Assembly (NCBI GenBank): GCA_048499955.1
Contig: JASNYX010000002.1
Span: 4,513 to 68,512, forward strand
DNA length: 64,000 nt
Direction: 5' to 3'
Source of the DNA: Patescibacteria group bacterium
GTDB lineage: Bacteria > Patescibacteriota > WWE3 > 2-01-FULL-39-13
Part shown: positions 48,344 through 57,729 of the stretch, piece after piece
Layout: each line of letters starts with the position of its first letter
Position numbering within the stretch: position 1 is the stretch's first letter
Program-made: the position numbers and the translations under genes
Notes under the pieces: generated by a model
Told to the model about the DNA's origin: nothing
The model's input: the letters and a program-made list of their open reading frames with translations, nothing else
Databases searched by the model: none

Positions 48344-50015
48344 TCATATTATCGGAAATCTAGAAGATCAAACCGGCATATTTTTCAGGAGTTGGTGGTA
48401 TAGGCACTACAGCGAATTGGGAGGACTTAAAACCTACAGTGAATACTATGGTTATCCAACCGGTACTGATCTTAAGATTTTCACCAACCAACCATTGTTA
48501 TCTTTGACTTATGACGCAATGGTTTACTGGTTTAACCCTCTGATTTTCACGAATATTTATACTGTTCTTCAAGTCATACTAAATATAATTTTGGCAAATG
48601 TTTTGCTAAGGCATCTCGGGATTGATAAAAAGATCTCCTTTCTAGTATCTCTAGTTTTTATATTTTCACCATTCCTTTACTATAATATCGGAATACATCC
48701 GTCCTTATTAACTCTGTGGCCATTTATATGGTTTTTGAAGCGCCTTACTCAATTTGAGGCAGGAGTTAAAAGTAATTTCATTACAGGTTTTTCATTAGCT
48801 GTTACTTTTCTATTCAATAACTACTTTGGATACTTCGGATTGATTTTAATGACGGTTTTTATTTTCACAAACATACTTTTGAATAGAAATAACGTAATAG
48901 CACAACTAAGACGTCTGGTGCTCATGTCAGCATCATTTTTAAGCGTAACCATTGCAGGCTTGCTTCCTTATTTATTAGGTAGTAAACCCGGCGTTACAGT
49001 ACAAGCCGTAACTCGGCCACTTGAAGATTTTTTCTACTTCAGCTCAAGGCCATGGTATTTTTTCTTGCCTTCACCTGATAACCCGTGGATCGGAAAAACC
49101 ACCACCAATATAATAAACTGGCTGCAAAACGATTGGGGATACTGGTTAACGAGCAACTATTTTCCTAGCGAACACACAACATTATTTTTGGGATATACAA
49201 CCTTCCTCTTTGCAATTTTAGGAGCATACTACTTGCTATTCAAAACTGATAATAACGAAATTAAGCAAAGAAACTCCATTCTTGCATTAGGCATATCTGC
49301 AATCGTTTTGATGATGTTGAGTCTTCCTCCTTACTTCACGATTTCGATGTATAAAATTTATACGCCAAGTTACTTACTTCTTAATGTTTTTCCATATTTT
49401 AGAGTATTAGCACGAATGGGAATAATAATACTATTAATTGAATTAATATTCTGTGCATATGGGTATCAATACTTTATTCGGATATTAAAAAGTAAATGGT
49501 CGCAAGCAAGTTGGGTTGTGATCCTGCCCTTTATTATAGTTAGTTTAATGGAATTCTACGTACCTATAACTTTCGTAAAAGTAGAAGAACCACCCCAGAT
49601 TTTCCAATACATTAAAACAAATACCGATGAGGAATCAGTCTTAGCTGTTTATCCTTATAATGGTGCTCTCCCAACTTTATTCTGGATTAGTGAGCACGAG
49701 AGAAGAATCATGAATCCTAGAGACTATACTGATGCATCTCGACATTTTATTTCCGAAGAATTTACACAAGAGTTAAAAACAGATGAAGGACTACAAAGAG
49801 CAAAGGAACTTGGTGCAACTCACTTGGTCTTTTTTAGATATGGTGGAAATAAAGATCGTATTGACGAGTTAAACTATTTCGATAATTCTCCTAAACTTGA
49901 GAAAATCATCGAATTTAACTCTGAATCGAAAGACGAACAATCTTATTTCTTATACAAGGTGAAAATATGGGGAAATACAAAACAAACGTCCGGAGTTTTA
50001 TATAAAATTCTTTAG
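48336..50015 (+). CDS. Polytopic membrane protein (about 560 aa), putative GT-C-type glycosyltransferase
   Basis: The start ATG at 48336 overlaps the stop of the upstream giant gene (translational coupling). There are many TM helices plus a C-terminal soluble domain. Confidence 0.5.
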   Translation: MLNHIIGNLEDQTGIFFRSWWYRHYSELGGLKTYSEYYGYPTGTDLKIFTNQPLLSLTYDAMVYWFNPLIFTNIYTVLQVILNIILANVLLRHLGIDKKISFLVSLVFIFSPFLYYNIGIHPSLLTLWPFIWFLKRLTQFEAGVKSNFITGFSLAVTFLFNNYFGYFGLILMTVFIFTNILLNRNNVIAQLRRLVLMSASFLSVTIAGLLPYLLGSKPGVTVQAVTRPLEDFFYFSSRPWYFFLPSPDNPWIGKTTTNIINWLQNDWGYWLTSNYFPSEHTTLFLGYTTFLFAILGAYYLLFKTDNNEIKQRNSILALGISAIVLMMLSLPPYFTISMYKIYTPSYLLLNVFPYFRVLARMGIIILLIELIFCAYGYQYFIRILKSKWSQASWVVILPFIIVSLMEFYVPITFVKVEEPPQIFQYIKTNTDEESVLAVYPYNGALPTLFWISEHERRIMNPRDYTDASRHFISEEFTQELKTDEGLQRAKELGATHLVFFRYGGNKDRIDELNYFDNSPKLEKIIEFNSESKDEQSYFLYKVKIWGNTKQTSGVLYKIL

Positions 50016-51730
50016 TTACGCTTATCAGTTTTGTCTACAGAAATACTTGTTTCTGACTTCATCTTTGCTTCTTCCTCTGCACTTTGTTTGATTGTCTCTT
50101 CAATCTGTTTATCTTCGCTTTTAGCTGAAAGGTGTGTTCCTAAACTCTTCACCGCATTTATCCAGAATTTTGGCGAAGTCCAATTAACTTTAGTTTGATC
50201 CTTATCGAAATCGAGTAAATGACCTACAAGCTTCCAAGCTGAATATACTAAGAATTTGATATCATCAAGATTTCTAATGGAAAGAACTTTCCGCATAATA
50301 TATTGCGGCGTGAAAAATGATGAGTACAACTCTTGTGTTAGTGCATAAAGCTTTTCATGTTCAAAAGGAATCTTCATGACCGGACCTCTCATGTCAAAAG
50401 CTTCGTAATCAGTAGGGTCAACCAGTAACCAATCATTCTCTATACATTCTTTATATAAAGGTGTTCCCGGATAAGGAATAACAATCGTAGCCTGCATGGT
50501 GTCAACGTATCCGTTCTTGAATAATCTTTTTGCCAAAGCAATAGTGTTCTTAGCATCTTCATATGTTTCCCAAGGATACCCTAACATGACTGTCAAATGA
50601 GGTTCAAGCCCTGCCTTTTTTGCCATTTTCACACCATCTTCGATCTGATGTACTTTAAGGCCTTTATCAAGTTTATCTAAGGTTTTCTGATTTCCGGACT
50701 CCATTCCATATAAAATGAATCTAAAATTGGCCTCTCCCATCAAGTCATAATACTCTTGGGTCAATGCGTTCAAACGCATATTACATCCCATTACAACTTT
50801 TTTGTTATATCCGGACTCAATCAGTAAATTACAAAACTTTTTCAGAGGCGGCCCTACGAATAAAGTTCCGGCATCGTCAAAAATTTCCTTCACTCCGTAG
50901 TTATCAACGACGTGTTTTACTTCTGCAAATAATCTTTCCGGCGAAAACCGGCGGTATGTACCTAACGGATTTATCGTATGATCCCATACACAGAAAGTAC
51001 ATCGATTCCACCAGCAGTCCTTACCTGAATACATATATGTTGCCGGTGAATATTTATAGTTTCCGTTTGCATACGCATAAAGCTCCCACCTAGTGAGATC
51101 TCTGTCAACGAATGGCAATGAATCGAGATTATGTGTTTGCTTAAGCGGGCCTGAAACCCAGAAGGCATCTTTCTCTTTTGTTAATTCGTTGTCTTCAAGT
51201 TTAATGAAATCAGAAAGTTTAACACTTGTATCACTTCGTCTTCCCCAAATACCTCCGGGCAAAACAGTTCCTTTGCTTAAAGAATCTGCAAGATCCGACA
51301 GCAAAAAATCATAATCCCCGCCTGTAATAACATAGTCTACATTGCTATTTATCATTGTTTCTTTTGGAGCAAAGGTTACTTGGTCACCTACAATAACAAC
51401 CTTCATTTTCGGAAATCTTGCTTTTATTTCATTAATAATCATCCAATGTTGCTTTACTACCGGCGACTTAGTTTCAATCATTAAAAGATCAAACTGGCCT
51501 TCTGCAAGCTTTTCGAGCCAAGTCTGATATGACCACTCCTCAGCGATACCATCAAGCCAAGTAACATCATAGCCACGTTCCTGGGCTAGTGAGGCTGCAT
51601 ACGCGGGCACCATAGGGTAGATGTATGTCTTAGCATTGAAATATTGGAATTGGCGATTCTGTGAAAGAAGAGGCACACCTTTGTCGGTCTCAATCGGAGG
51701 ATATCCTACCGCTACCTTATAGTTTTTCAT
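50012..51730 (-). CDS. B12-binding domain radical SAM protein (class B radical SAM, methyltransferase-like)
   Basis: N-terminal cobalamin-binding Rossmann-like region (…KMKVVIVGDQVTF…) followed by the radical SAM cluster motif CWWNRCTFCVWDH (CxxxCxxC). The probable start is MKNYKVAVGYPP at 51730. Confidence 0.85.
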   Translation of the reverse strand: MKNYKVAVGYPPIETDKGVPLLSQNRQFQYFNAKTYIYPMVPAYAASLAQERGYDVTWLDGIAEEWSYQTWLEKLAEGQFDLLMIETKSPVVKQHWMIINEIKARFPKMKVVIVGDQVTFAPKETMINSNVDYVITGGDYDFLLSDLADSLSKGTVLPGGIWGRRSDTSVKLSDFIKLEDNELTKEKDAFWVSGPLKQTHNLDSLPFVDRDLTRWELYAYANGNYKYSPATYMYSGKDCWWNRCTFCVWDHTINPLGTYRRFSPERLFAEVKHVVDNYGVKEIFDDAGTLFVGPPLKKFCNLLIESGYNKKVVMGCNMRLNALTQEYYDLMGEANFRFILYGMESGNQKTLDKLDKGLKVHQIEDGVKMAKKAGLEPHLTVMLGYPWETYEDAKNTIALAKRLFKNGYVDTMQATIVIPYPGTPLYKECIENDWLLVDPTDYEAFDMRGPVMKIPFEHEKLYALTQELYSSFFTPQYIMRKVLSIRNLDDIKFLVYSAWKLVGHLLDFDKDQTKVNWTSPKFWINAVKSLGTHLSAKSEDKQIEETIKQSAEEEAKMKSETSISVDKTDKRN

Positions 51731-52156
51731 ATCTTTAGAACTTTCATTTGAATCCATATACAACATATAGACTATAATAAATATATATATGAATCAACGC
51801 CCAAAGAAGCTAGTCGAAACAGGCATAAACCCCGGAACATTAAATGAGGCTTCACCAATCTTTAAAATGATTCCTTTAGAAGGCGAAATCGAAGCCATTT
51901 CCAAGGCCTTTTCAAAATCATCGCCAACATCTACTACAGAATAAAATGTGTACTCTAAATGCCAGAAGTACTCTATCTAGTTTTTGATCCAATTAAAAAT
52001 CTACTTCTAATCACTTGTAAAAACATTATTCCGATGTCATCAAACTGATCAATTAAGAGAGAATGATCTTGAGCGACTATGCGTTTAATTCTGCACCATA
52101 ATCTTGTTTCCAATACCCCAGATTTAAATTGCAACCATTCATGATAATAGCTACCG

Positions 52157-52642
52157 TCAATATGCAATACTTTTCTTCAAGGTTGTTCCTTCTATTTCTT
52201 CACCGATATAATTTTCGAATTTTTTAATTGCTGATTCGGAAAAATCGGTATCGAGTATCTCAGGATTCGGAGATTCCCATTTTGTGGGGAATTGAAAATG
52301 ATCTAACCAAATTCCTTTTATTTTTAACTTCGACAGTTCTTCGATTTCTTGCAAATGGTAATCTCTGACATTTTTATTTATAGGTGAGACAGGGAAATAT
52401 TCTTCTGATACCGTTTCTTTTCCATGGGCATCAACAGCTTTCGCCTCCGGAAATTTTTCTAATAATGCTCGACCTTCGAAACATCGATATGAAATATAGA
52501 TATCCGTATCGGGGAAAGCTTCAGTGACCAACGATAAATCATTGTCTGCAGAATGGCTTAAAATAACGAAACTACACTTTAGCTTTGCTAATTCAAGAAG
52601 CTTTTCTTTAGGGAGTTTATCGAGGTAAATTCCGTTATGCAT
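52157..52642 (-). CDS. Hypothetical protein, possibly the N-terminal part of a frame-disrupted gene
   Basis: 161 aa with no recognised family. Conserved-looking open reading continues downstream in another frame (51973-52167) and again in the original frame (to 51794). Confidence 0.4.
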   Translation of the reverse strand: MHNGIYLDKLPKEKLLELAKLKCSFVILSHSADNDLSLVTEAFPDTDIYISYRCFEGRALLEKFPEAKAVDAHGKETVSEEYFPVSPINKNVRDYHLQEIEELSKLKIKGIWLDHFQFPTKWESPNPEILDTDFSESAIKKFENYIGEEIEGTTLKKSIAY

Positions 52643-52910
52643 TTTTTGGGGTCTCCGGGGGATAAATTTGATTACCTTCTAAATCTTCGATAATTATAGC
52701 CGTTGTAGGGCACGATTTTGCACCTTCGATAATTTGAACGGCATCATCCCATGTTCCATCCTTAACAAACGCAATACCGTCATCATCAAGATCAAAAGTT
52801 TCAGGAGCTCTAATCACACAAATTCCCGCACTAATACAAAGATGGTTAATAACTTTAATTTTCACTTTTGAACCGGGTTGAGAAGCGAAAGAGTTTTGTC
52901 CGTTTTTATC
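52635..52910 (-). CDS. Small ferredoxin (single [4Fe-4S]/[3Fe-4S] cluster type)
   Basis: HLCISAGICVIRAPETFDLDDDGIAFV…AKSCPTTAI has the CxxGxC…CP arrangement of small clostridial/archaeal-type ferredoxins. The start is probably an internal Met (MDKNGQ at 52910) rather than the ORF-track start, which overlaps the upstream GT2. Confidence 0.65.
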   Translation of the reverse strand, partial: DKNGQNSFASQPGSKVKIKVINHLCISAGICVIRAPETFDLDDDGIAFVKDGTWDDAVQIIEGAKSCPTTAIIIEDLEGNQIYPPETPKNA

Positions 52911-52950
52911 CATAGTATCCCGAGTGTAACAAATAGGTTGAAAGTCTGCA

Positions 52951-54162
52951 TCAGCTTTCAGCTCGACCATAGTTGTCTTCTGTTTTCCTCGTAAATAAGA
53001 ATCCTTGTAAAAATTTATATCCATACCATAAATGCGTAAGCATCACACCGGGAAAGCTTAATAATGAAATCTTTAGGTCTCTGCTTTTACTGAGTACCCA
53101 AAACGAATTTACCAAAAGGATTATTAAATATGAAAATAACGCAAAAAGATAAATTCGAGCCAGAAACTCTAACACTACGCTATCGGTTACTAACGCTGCG
53201 ATTAAGATTAGAGGCCCTAAAATATTCCCTAGTAAAAATAATGATGGGATGAAATAAAACCATCTGCGAGAAGTCTCAGGCAAAGCTCGTGCAAAATAAC
53301 CACGATGCAACCCGAATCTTCCATTTTGTATTAAGTGCTTTTTAAATAACGGCCTTTTATGGTGATAAACAAGAATCTCCGGATCATACATAATCTTTTT
53401 CCCGAGGCGTTTAGTTAAGTCTAAACATAATTTGGTGTCCTCCCCCGGATAATAGTCTGAATCGAAACCTTTCACTGCCTTAAAGTCTTCCGCCCTTACA
53501 ATCAAATTCATAGAAGGGAAATCGTCGACCTCTCGTTTATTTTGGGGTAAAAATCGATAGGTGCTCCCAAACCCGCCTACGGGACTCGCGGTCACCCACC
53601 CCGAAGCTTTTTCCATAATATCAGCGTCATCAGGTGTGATGCCGGGGCCTCCAACAGCAGCGATATCTTTGTCGCCAAAATACGGTGCGGCAGCCATTAA
53701 CCAGTTTTCGGATGGATAAGCATCATCATCAATAAAAGCGTAGATCTGGCCTTTTGCATGTTTCATGGCTAAATCTCTTTTTTCAGCAGGCTTATTCTTT
53801 GTTGAAGCATCTGAAATAAATTTTACTTTAGGAAACATTCTACCCATCACCGGTTCAGTAGTGAAAACAAGAATCTCGAAATTCGGGTAATTTAAGTTTC
53901 GATATTTAACTATAGATTCAGCTAAAAATGAATTCCATTTTTCACATATAATTATCACGGAAACAAATGGATATTCATTTTTGTCTGAAAAGTTTTTCGG
54001 GATATGGGGATCTTTCACAAGGCCAATTTTAACAAAGAATGAACTGATACTAAATGTACCAGTGTTGCAATTAATAAGCGAATAACAATTCTTGTATAAT
54101 TCACTAATGAGCGAAATAAAAAAATTCTGGCTAGCCTTTTTGATTTCATTTACCGCTTTCAC
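52951..54162 (-). CDS. Glycosyltransferase family 2 with C-terminal membrane helices
   Basis: …YPFVSVIIICEKWNS…FEILVFTTEP… followed by 3-4 C-terminal TM helices. The true start may be an internal TTG/GTG, since the first roughly 60 residues look like a spurious extension. Confidence 0.75.
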   Translation of the reverse strand: MKAVNEIKKASQNFFISLISELYKNCYSLINCNTGTFSISSFFVKIGLVKDPHIPKNFSDKNEYPFVSVIIICEKWNSFLAESIVKYRNLNYPNFEILVFTTEPVMGRMFPKVKFISDASTKNKPAEKRDLAMKHAKGQIYAFIDDDAYPSENWLMAAAPYFGDKDIAAVGGPGITPDDADIMEKASGWVTASPVGGFGSTYRFLPQNKREVDDFPSMNLIVRAEDFKAVKGFDSDYYPGEDTKLCLDLTKRLGKKIMYDPEILVYHHKRPLFKKHLIQNGRFGLHRGYFARALPETSRRWFYFIPSLFLLGNILGPLILIAALVTDSVVLEFLARIYLFALFSYLIILLVNSFWVLSKSRDLKISLLSFPGVMLTHLWYGYKFLQGFLFTRKTEDNYGRAES

Positions 54163-55459
54163 ATTATCATTTCTTTTTGTCTATATTACAAAGCTTAATC
54201 ACCTAACACTTCAAAGCGAAGACTACCTCGGAACAGCAACATTGCCATTTTCGATACTTAAAGAAGGCAATTTCGAATTAAATGAGTATTACGAAGAGTT
54301 AACATCTGCATATCCTCAACCTGATGACTCAACCTTAACCCCATACTATCTTAAGGAATCAAACGGTAATTACTACTCGATCCGACCTGTACTTACAGCG
54401 TTTTTGGCGACCCCGGTTTATATCTTTCCGGTATTACTCGATATTAATATCGACATTGAAACAATCAGAATAATGAGCAGATTTGGAGGGGCATTCATAA
54501 CTGCTCTTTCGGCAGGATTTTTTTATCTCATAGCAGATAAACTGACTAAAAATCGGAAATTCAAATATCTTCTTTTTATTGTTTACTGCTTCGGCACAAA
54601 TTCACTAAGCACTAGCAGCCAAGGTTTGTGGCAACATGGGTCGAGTCAGCTATTATTATCGCTCGGATTGTATTTGCTTTTGAATCGTAAAGTTTTCGGA
54701 TCGGCTCTGGCATTCGGATTTGCGGTCATTTCACGCCCCACGAATCTACTTACATACCTAATCTTCGGGTTATACATCTTATTTCAAAAAACGGAAAATC
54801 GAGCTGAAAAAATGAAGAATATCGCAGTCTACGCAACCGGAGGAATTATCCCTATCCTCCTAGAGTTGCTGTTTAATCAAATCGTATTCGGAAATCCGGA
54901 TAATCCCGGATATGCCGAGCAAATGTCCGGTTGGAGAGCAAATTGGCTGGAGGGTATTTTTGGAATGTGGATCTCACCAAGCAAAGGCATACTTATAAAC
55001 TCACCTGTTTTGATTTTTATTTTTTATGGGGTCTTCGTAAAATTTAAAGAATTCATGAAAACAAAAGAAATGAATATCTACATCCCTATAATTTTATCTG
55101 CAATTCTATACACAATCGCAATGGGCAAATGGTATAGCTGGTACGGAGGCTACAGCTGGGGATATAGAATGGCAAGTGATGTACTTCCGTTTATGGTTCT
55201 TCTGTTGATTCCTGCCTTAGAGAGTTTCTATAATCAGAACTCTGTTTTCCGTAATTTGATACTTACATTAACAGGTATCAGCATATTTAATCATCTATTC
55301 GGATTAGTATTCTTTGATGGAATCTGGCACACTGTTCACGACGGTAAAAAACCGGGATGGCTCTGGAGTATTAGTGAAAGTGAATATATATTTGATTTCA
55401 AACGAATACTATATAAGCTTGGGATTGGCGACAACCCAATAAAAATACCGACAGACTAA
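54107..55459 (+). CDS. Polytopic membrane protein, putative GT-C-type glycosyltransferase
   Basis: About 12 TM helices. The probable ATG at 54107 lies only 6 nt downstream of an extended -10 element (TTGTATAAT, 54092-54100), suggesting a leaderless transcript. Confidence 0.5.
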   Translation: MSEIKKFWLAFLISFTAFTLSFLFVYITKLNHLTLQSEDYLGTATLPFSILKEGNFELNEYYEELTSAYPQPDDSTLTPYYLKESNGNYYSIRPVLTAFLATPVYIFPVLLDINIDIETIRIMSRFGGAFITALSAGFFYLIADKLTKNRKFKYLLFIVYCFGTNSLSTSSQGLWQHGSSQLLLSLGLYLLLNRKVFGSALAFGFAVISRPTNLLTYLIFGLYILFQKTENRAEKMKNIAVYATGGIIPILLELLFNQIVFGNPDNPGYAEQMSGWRANWLEGIFGMWISPSKGILINSPVLIFIFYGVFVKFKEFMKTKEMNIYIPIILSAILYTIAMGKWYSWYGGYSWGYRMASDVLPFMVLLLIPALESFYNQNSVFRNLILTLTGISIFNHLFGLVFFDGIWHTVHDGKKPGWLWSISESEYIFDFKRILYKLGIGDNPIKIPTD

Positions 55460-57729
55460 TCCAATCTCTCGAAAATTGTTAATCTATACTCTCCCTGAGT
55501 TATCTCATCAAAACGCATATCCTCTGTTACTTCGGTAGGATGAGTCACATTTGTTTCAATAGACGTCAGTACAAGTAACTTTGTATTCTCATCATAGATT
55601 TTCGTGTCATGAAACCGGGAATCATATATAACAATTTGATCTCTAACAAAATAAAATTTACCGAAATCGTCATCTTCTAATCGATCAGTATAATATGCGA
55701 TTAGTGGTGACCACTCGGGATTTTCAATATAAATAACGGCATTATTTGTCATACTCCTGTTTGCTGCAAGCTCAATCAAAAAACTAAGATCCGAATCATA
55801 TCCCTGGCCGTAGAAATCATTGGCGCGCACAACACCCAACACGGAAACAGCAACGATCATGATCGCCAGTAATCCTTTATTAACACAATCACAGATAATA
55901 ATATTGCGATACTTTCGGATTACCGAATATAGCATATGAAGAGCGATAAACATCAAGAAGATATAGAAACTTGACGGCGAAGTGCTACCTAACGGATGGT
56001 AAATATTTCCGATCGCAAGAGCTAAAACCCCATATAAATATGCACTTAAAATTCCAAAACCGATTCTTCGGAAAAGCCCGATAGCAATAAGTAAACCGGA
56101 GAAATAAAACAGAACAGACAAGGCTCTACCCGTAAAAGAATAATTCCCAAGAACATATCTGAAAACATTCAGAAAATAACGATAAAAATCAGTAACACTA
56201 TTCGATGATTCGGGAAGATAAAACTGCCCAATCTCATAGGCATTTAACGGGAAAATGAAATATACCAACGGAGCCAAAATTGAAACCAGACCCAGAACGC
56301 CTAAAAGTAAAACCTTCCGGTTATTAACAATAAATTCTCTAATTCTCAACTCCCCTTTAATGCGTAGTGACGCATATGCACATGCAAAAACCACATAAAA
56401 CCAAAAGAACTCTGATTTATACGAGTAAAACAATCCACCAACCAAAAATGAAATGATCCCCGCCATTAAACCCAAAGCCATATAGTCAGACCTCGATTTA
56501 TAAACCTGAAATAGCATTACCAGCAAAATTATCCAAAATAATAGAAATACCAGAAACGAAAAAAGCCCTGTCTCAACCCACGTCTCCAACCATAGGTTAT
56601 GAAGTGGTAATTTGAGGTTTAGAGCAGCTCTGTCAATGTAATAGTAAGCATCCGCCCACTTAGAAGTTCTAAAATACTCGCTAAAAGAGTTAACCCCGAT
56701 TCCGTACAAGAAATTTTCGAAACCTATTATTATCCCTACTTTTAACAAAAACAAATGTGAATAAAACGAAACTGCCCTATACAAAAAGGCAGAACGCATG
56801 GACTCCATAAACTGGCTTATAAATAGCAATGGAACCCCGGCAGCTATTAGCCCACTCGTTAAATAAAAACCTGCACTCGAAATAGATTTCCTCAAATTCC
56901 TGCTTCCCACAAAAATCAGATATGTGAATAATGTGCCACCAACTAGAAATCCTAAAAACGCACTTCTAGAACCGGTTAATTTCAAGGCGAATAACAAAAA
57001 AACCGATAGCACCAGAAGCCAAATGATTTGAGGCTTACTCAAGTGGTTCGATTTTTCTTCAACAGAATCAGAGTTGAAAAACCTAAATCCCCGAATAGCC
57101 ATAACTTTGCTTAATATCCAAGCACGTGCCTCGCTCAGCTGTGCATCTCCGTGTAAAAACAGGGTCTTGAGTATAAATCCCATAAGGAGGAAAAATATAG
57201 CTGAAACAAAAGCTCCGAAATGGTTTACATCCCAAAACGTAGCACCGTATCTGGTTGGGTACCCGGGTACCGGCCACACGCCTCCGCTTGCAATACCTAA
57301 GTTTTCCTGTAAATAAATTTGCCTAATCATAAAACCCGCCATGAAAGTAATCGCCAATGCATACATTAGAACAATATTTTTCACTCCGGACTTTGACTTC
57401 TTTAAAAAATCCTTCAGCAATACATATAAAAACAAGACGGAAGCCTGGAATAAAATGAACTTGGTTGAATCAGGAATCGAATTCGAAGCGAACAAACTTA
57501 GTATCTGAAAGCCCACAAGGAGTGAAAGGAGAATAAAAAAGATGTCCTTAGAATAGCTTTTCAAGTTTCGCACGAAAACGTAAAAACCTCCGAAAGCACA
57601 CACCGCTAGTAGAATTTTAGAATACACTAAATCGGGATCAAAAATTGAGTATGCTTCCTTGTGCGTGAAAGGAATCAAAAGCACAAGAGCAAATATAAGT
57701 ACCGATTTAAGATTTAGTGTTTTAATCAT
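55456..57729 (-). CDS. Large membrane protein with O-antigen ligase/polymerase (Wzy_C)-like motifs
   Basis: It has …LTGSRSAFLGFLVGG… and …GYPTRYGATFWDVNHFGAF… motifs, shared with the adjacent paralog. The probable start is ATG at 57729, overlapping the upstream stop (ATGA). Confidence 0.65.
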   Translation of the reverse strand: MIKTLNLKSVLIFALVLLIPFTHKEAYSIFDPDLVYSKILLAVCAFGGFYVFVRNLKSYSKDIFFILLSLLVGFQILSLFASNSIPDSTKFILFQASVLFLYVLLKDFLKKSKSGVKNIVLMYALAITFMAGFMIRQIYLQENLGIASGGVWPVPGYPTRYGATFWDVNHFGAFVSAIFFLLMGFILKTLFLHGDAQLSEARAWILSKVMAIRGFRFFNSDSVEEKSNHLSKPQIIWLLVLSVFLLFALKLTGSRSAFLGFLVGGTLFTYLIFVGSRNLRKSISSAGFYLTSGLIAAGVPLLFISQFMESMRSAFLYRAVSFYSHLFLLKVGIIIGFENFLYGIGVNSFSEYFRTSKWADAYYYIDRAALNLKLPLHNLWLETWVETGLFSFLVFLLFWIILLVMLFQVYKSRSDYMALGLMAGIISFLVGGLFYSYKSEFFWFYVVFACAYASLRIKGELRIREFIVNNRKVLLLGVLGLVSILAPLVYFIFPLNAYEIGQFYLPESSNSVTDFYRYFLNVFRYVLGNYSFTGRALSVLFYFSGLLIAIGLFRRIGFGILSAYLYGVLALAIGNIYHPLGSTSPSSFYIFLMFIALHMLYSVIRKYRNIIICDCVNKGLLAIMIVAVSVLGVVRANDFYGQGYDSDLSFLIELAANRSMTNNAVIYIENPEWSPLIAYYTDRLEDDDFGKFYFVRDQIVIYDSRFHDTKIYDENTKLLVLTSIETNVTHPTEVTEDMRFDEITQGEYRLTIFERLD

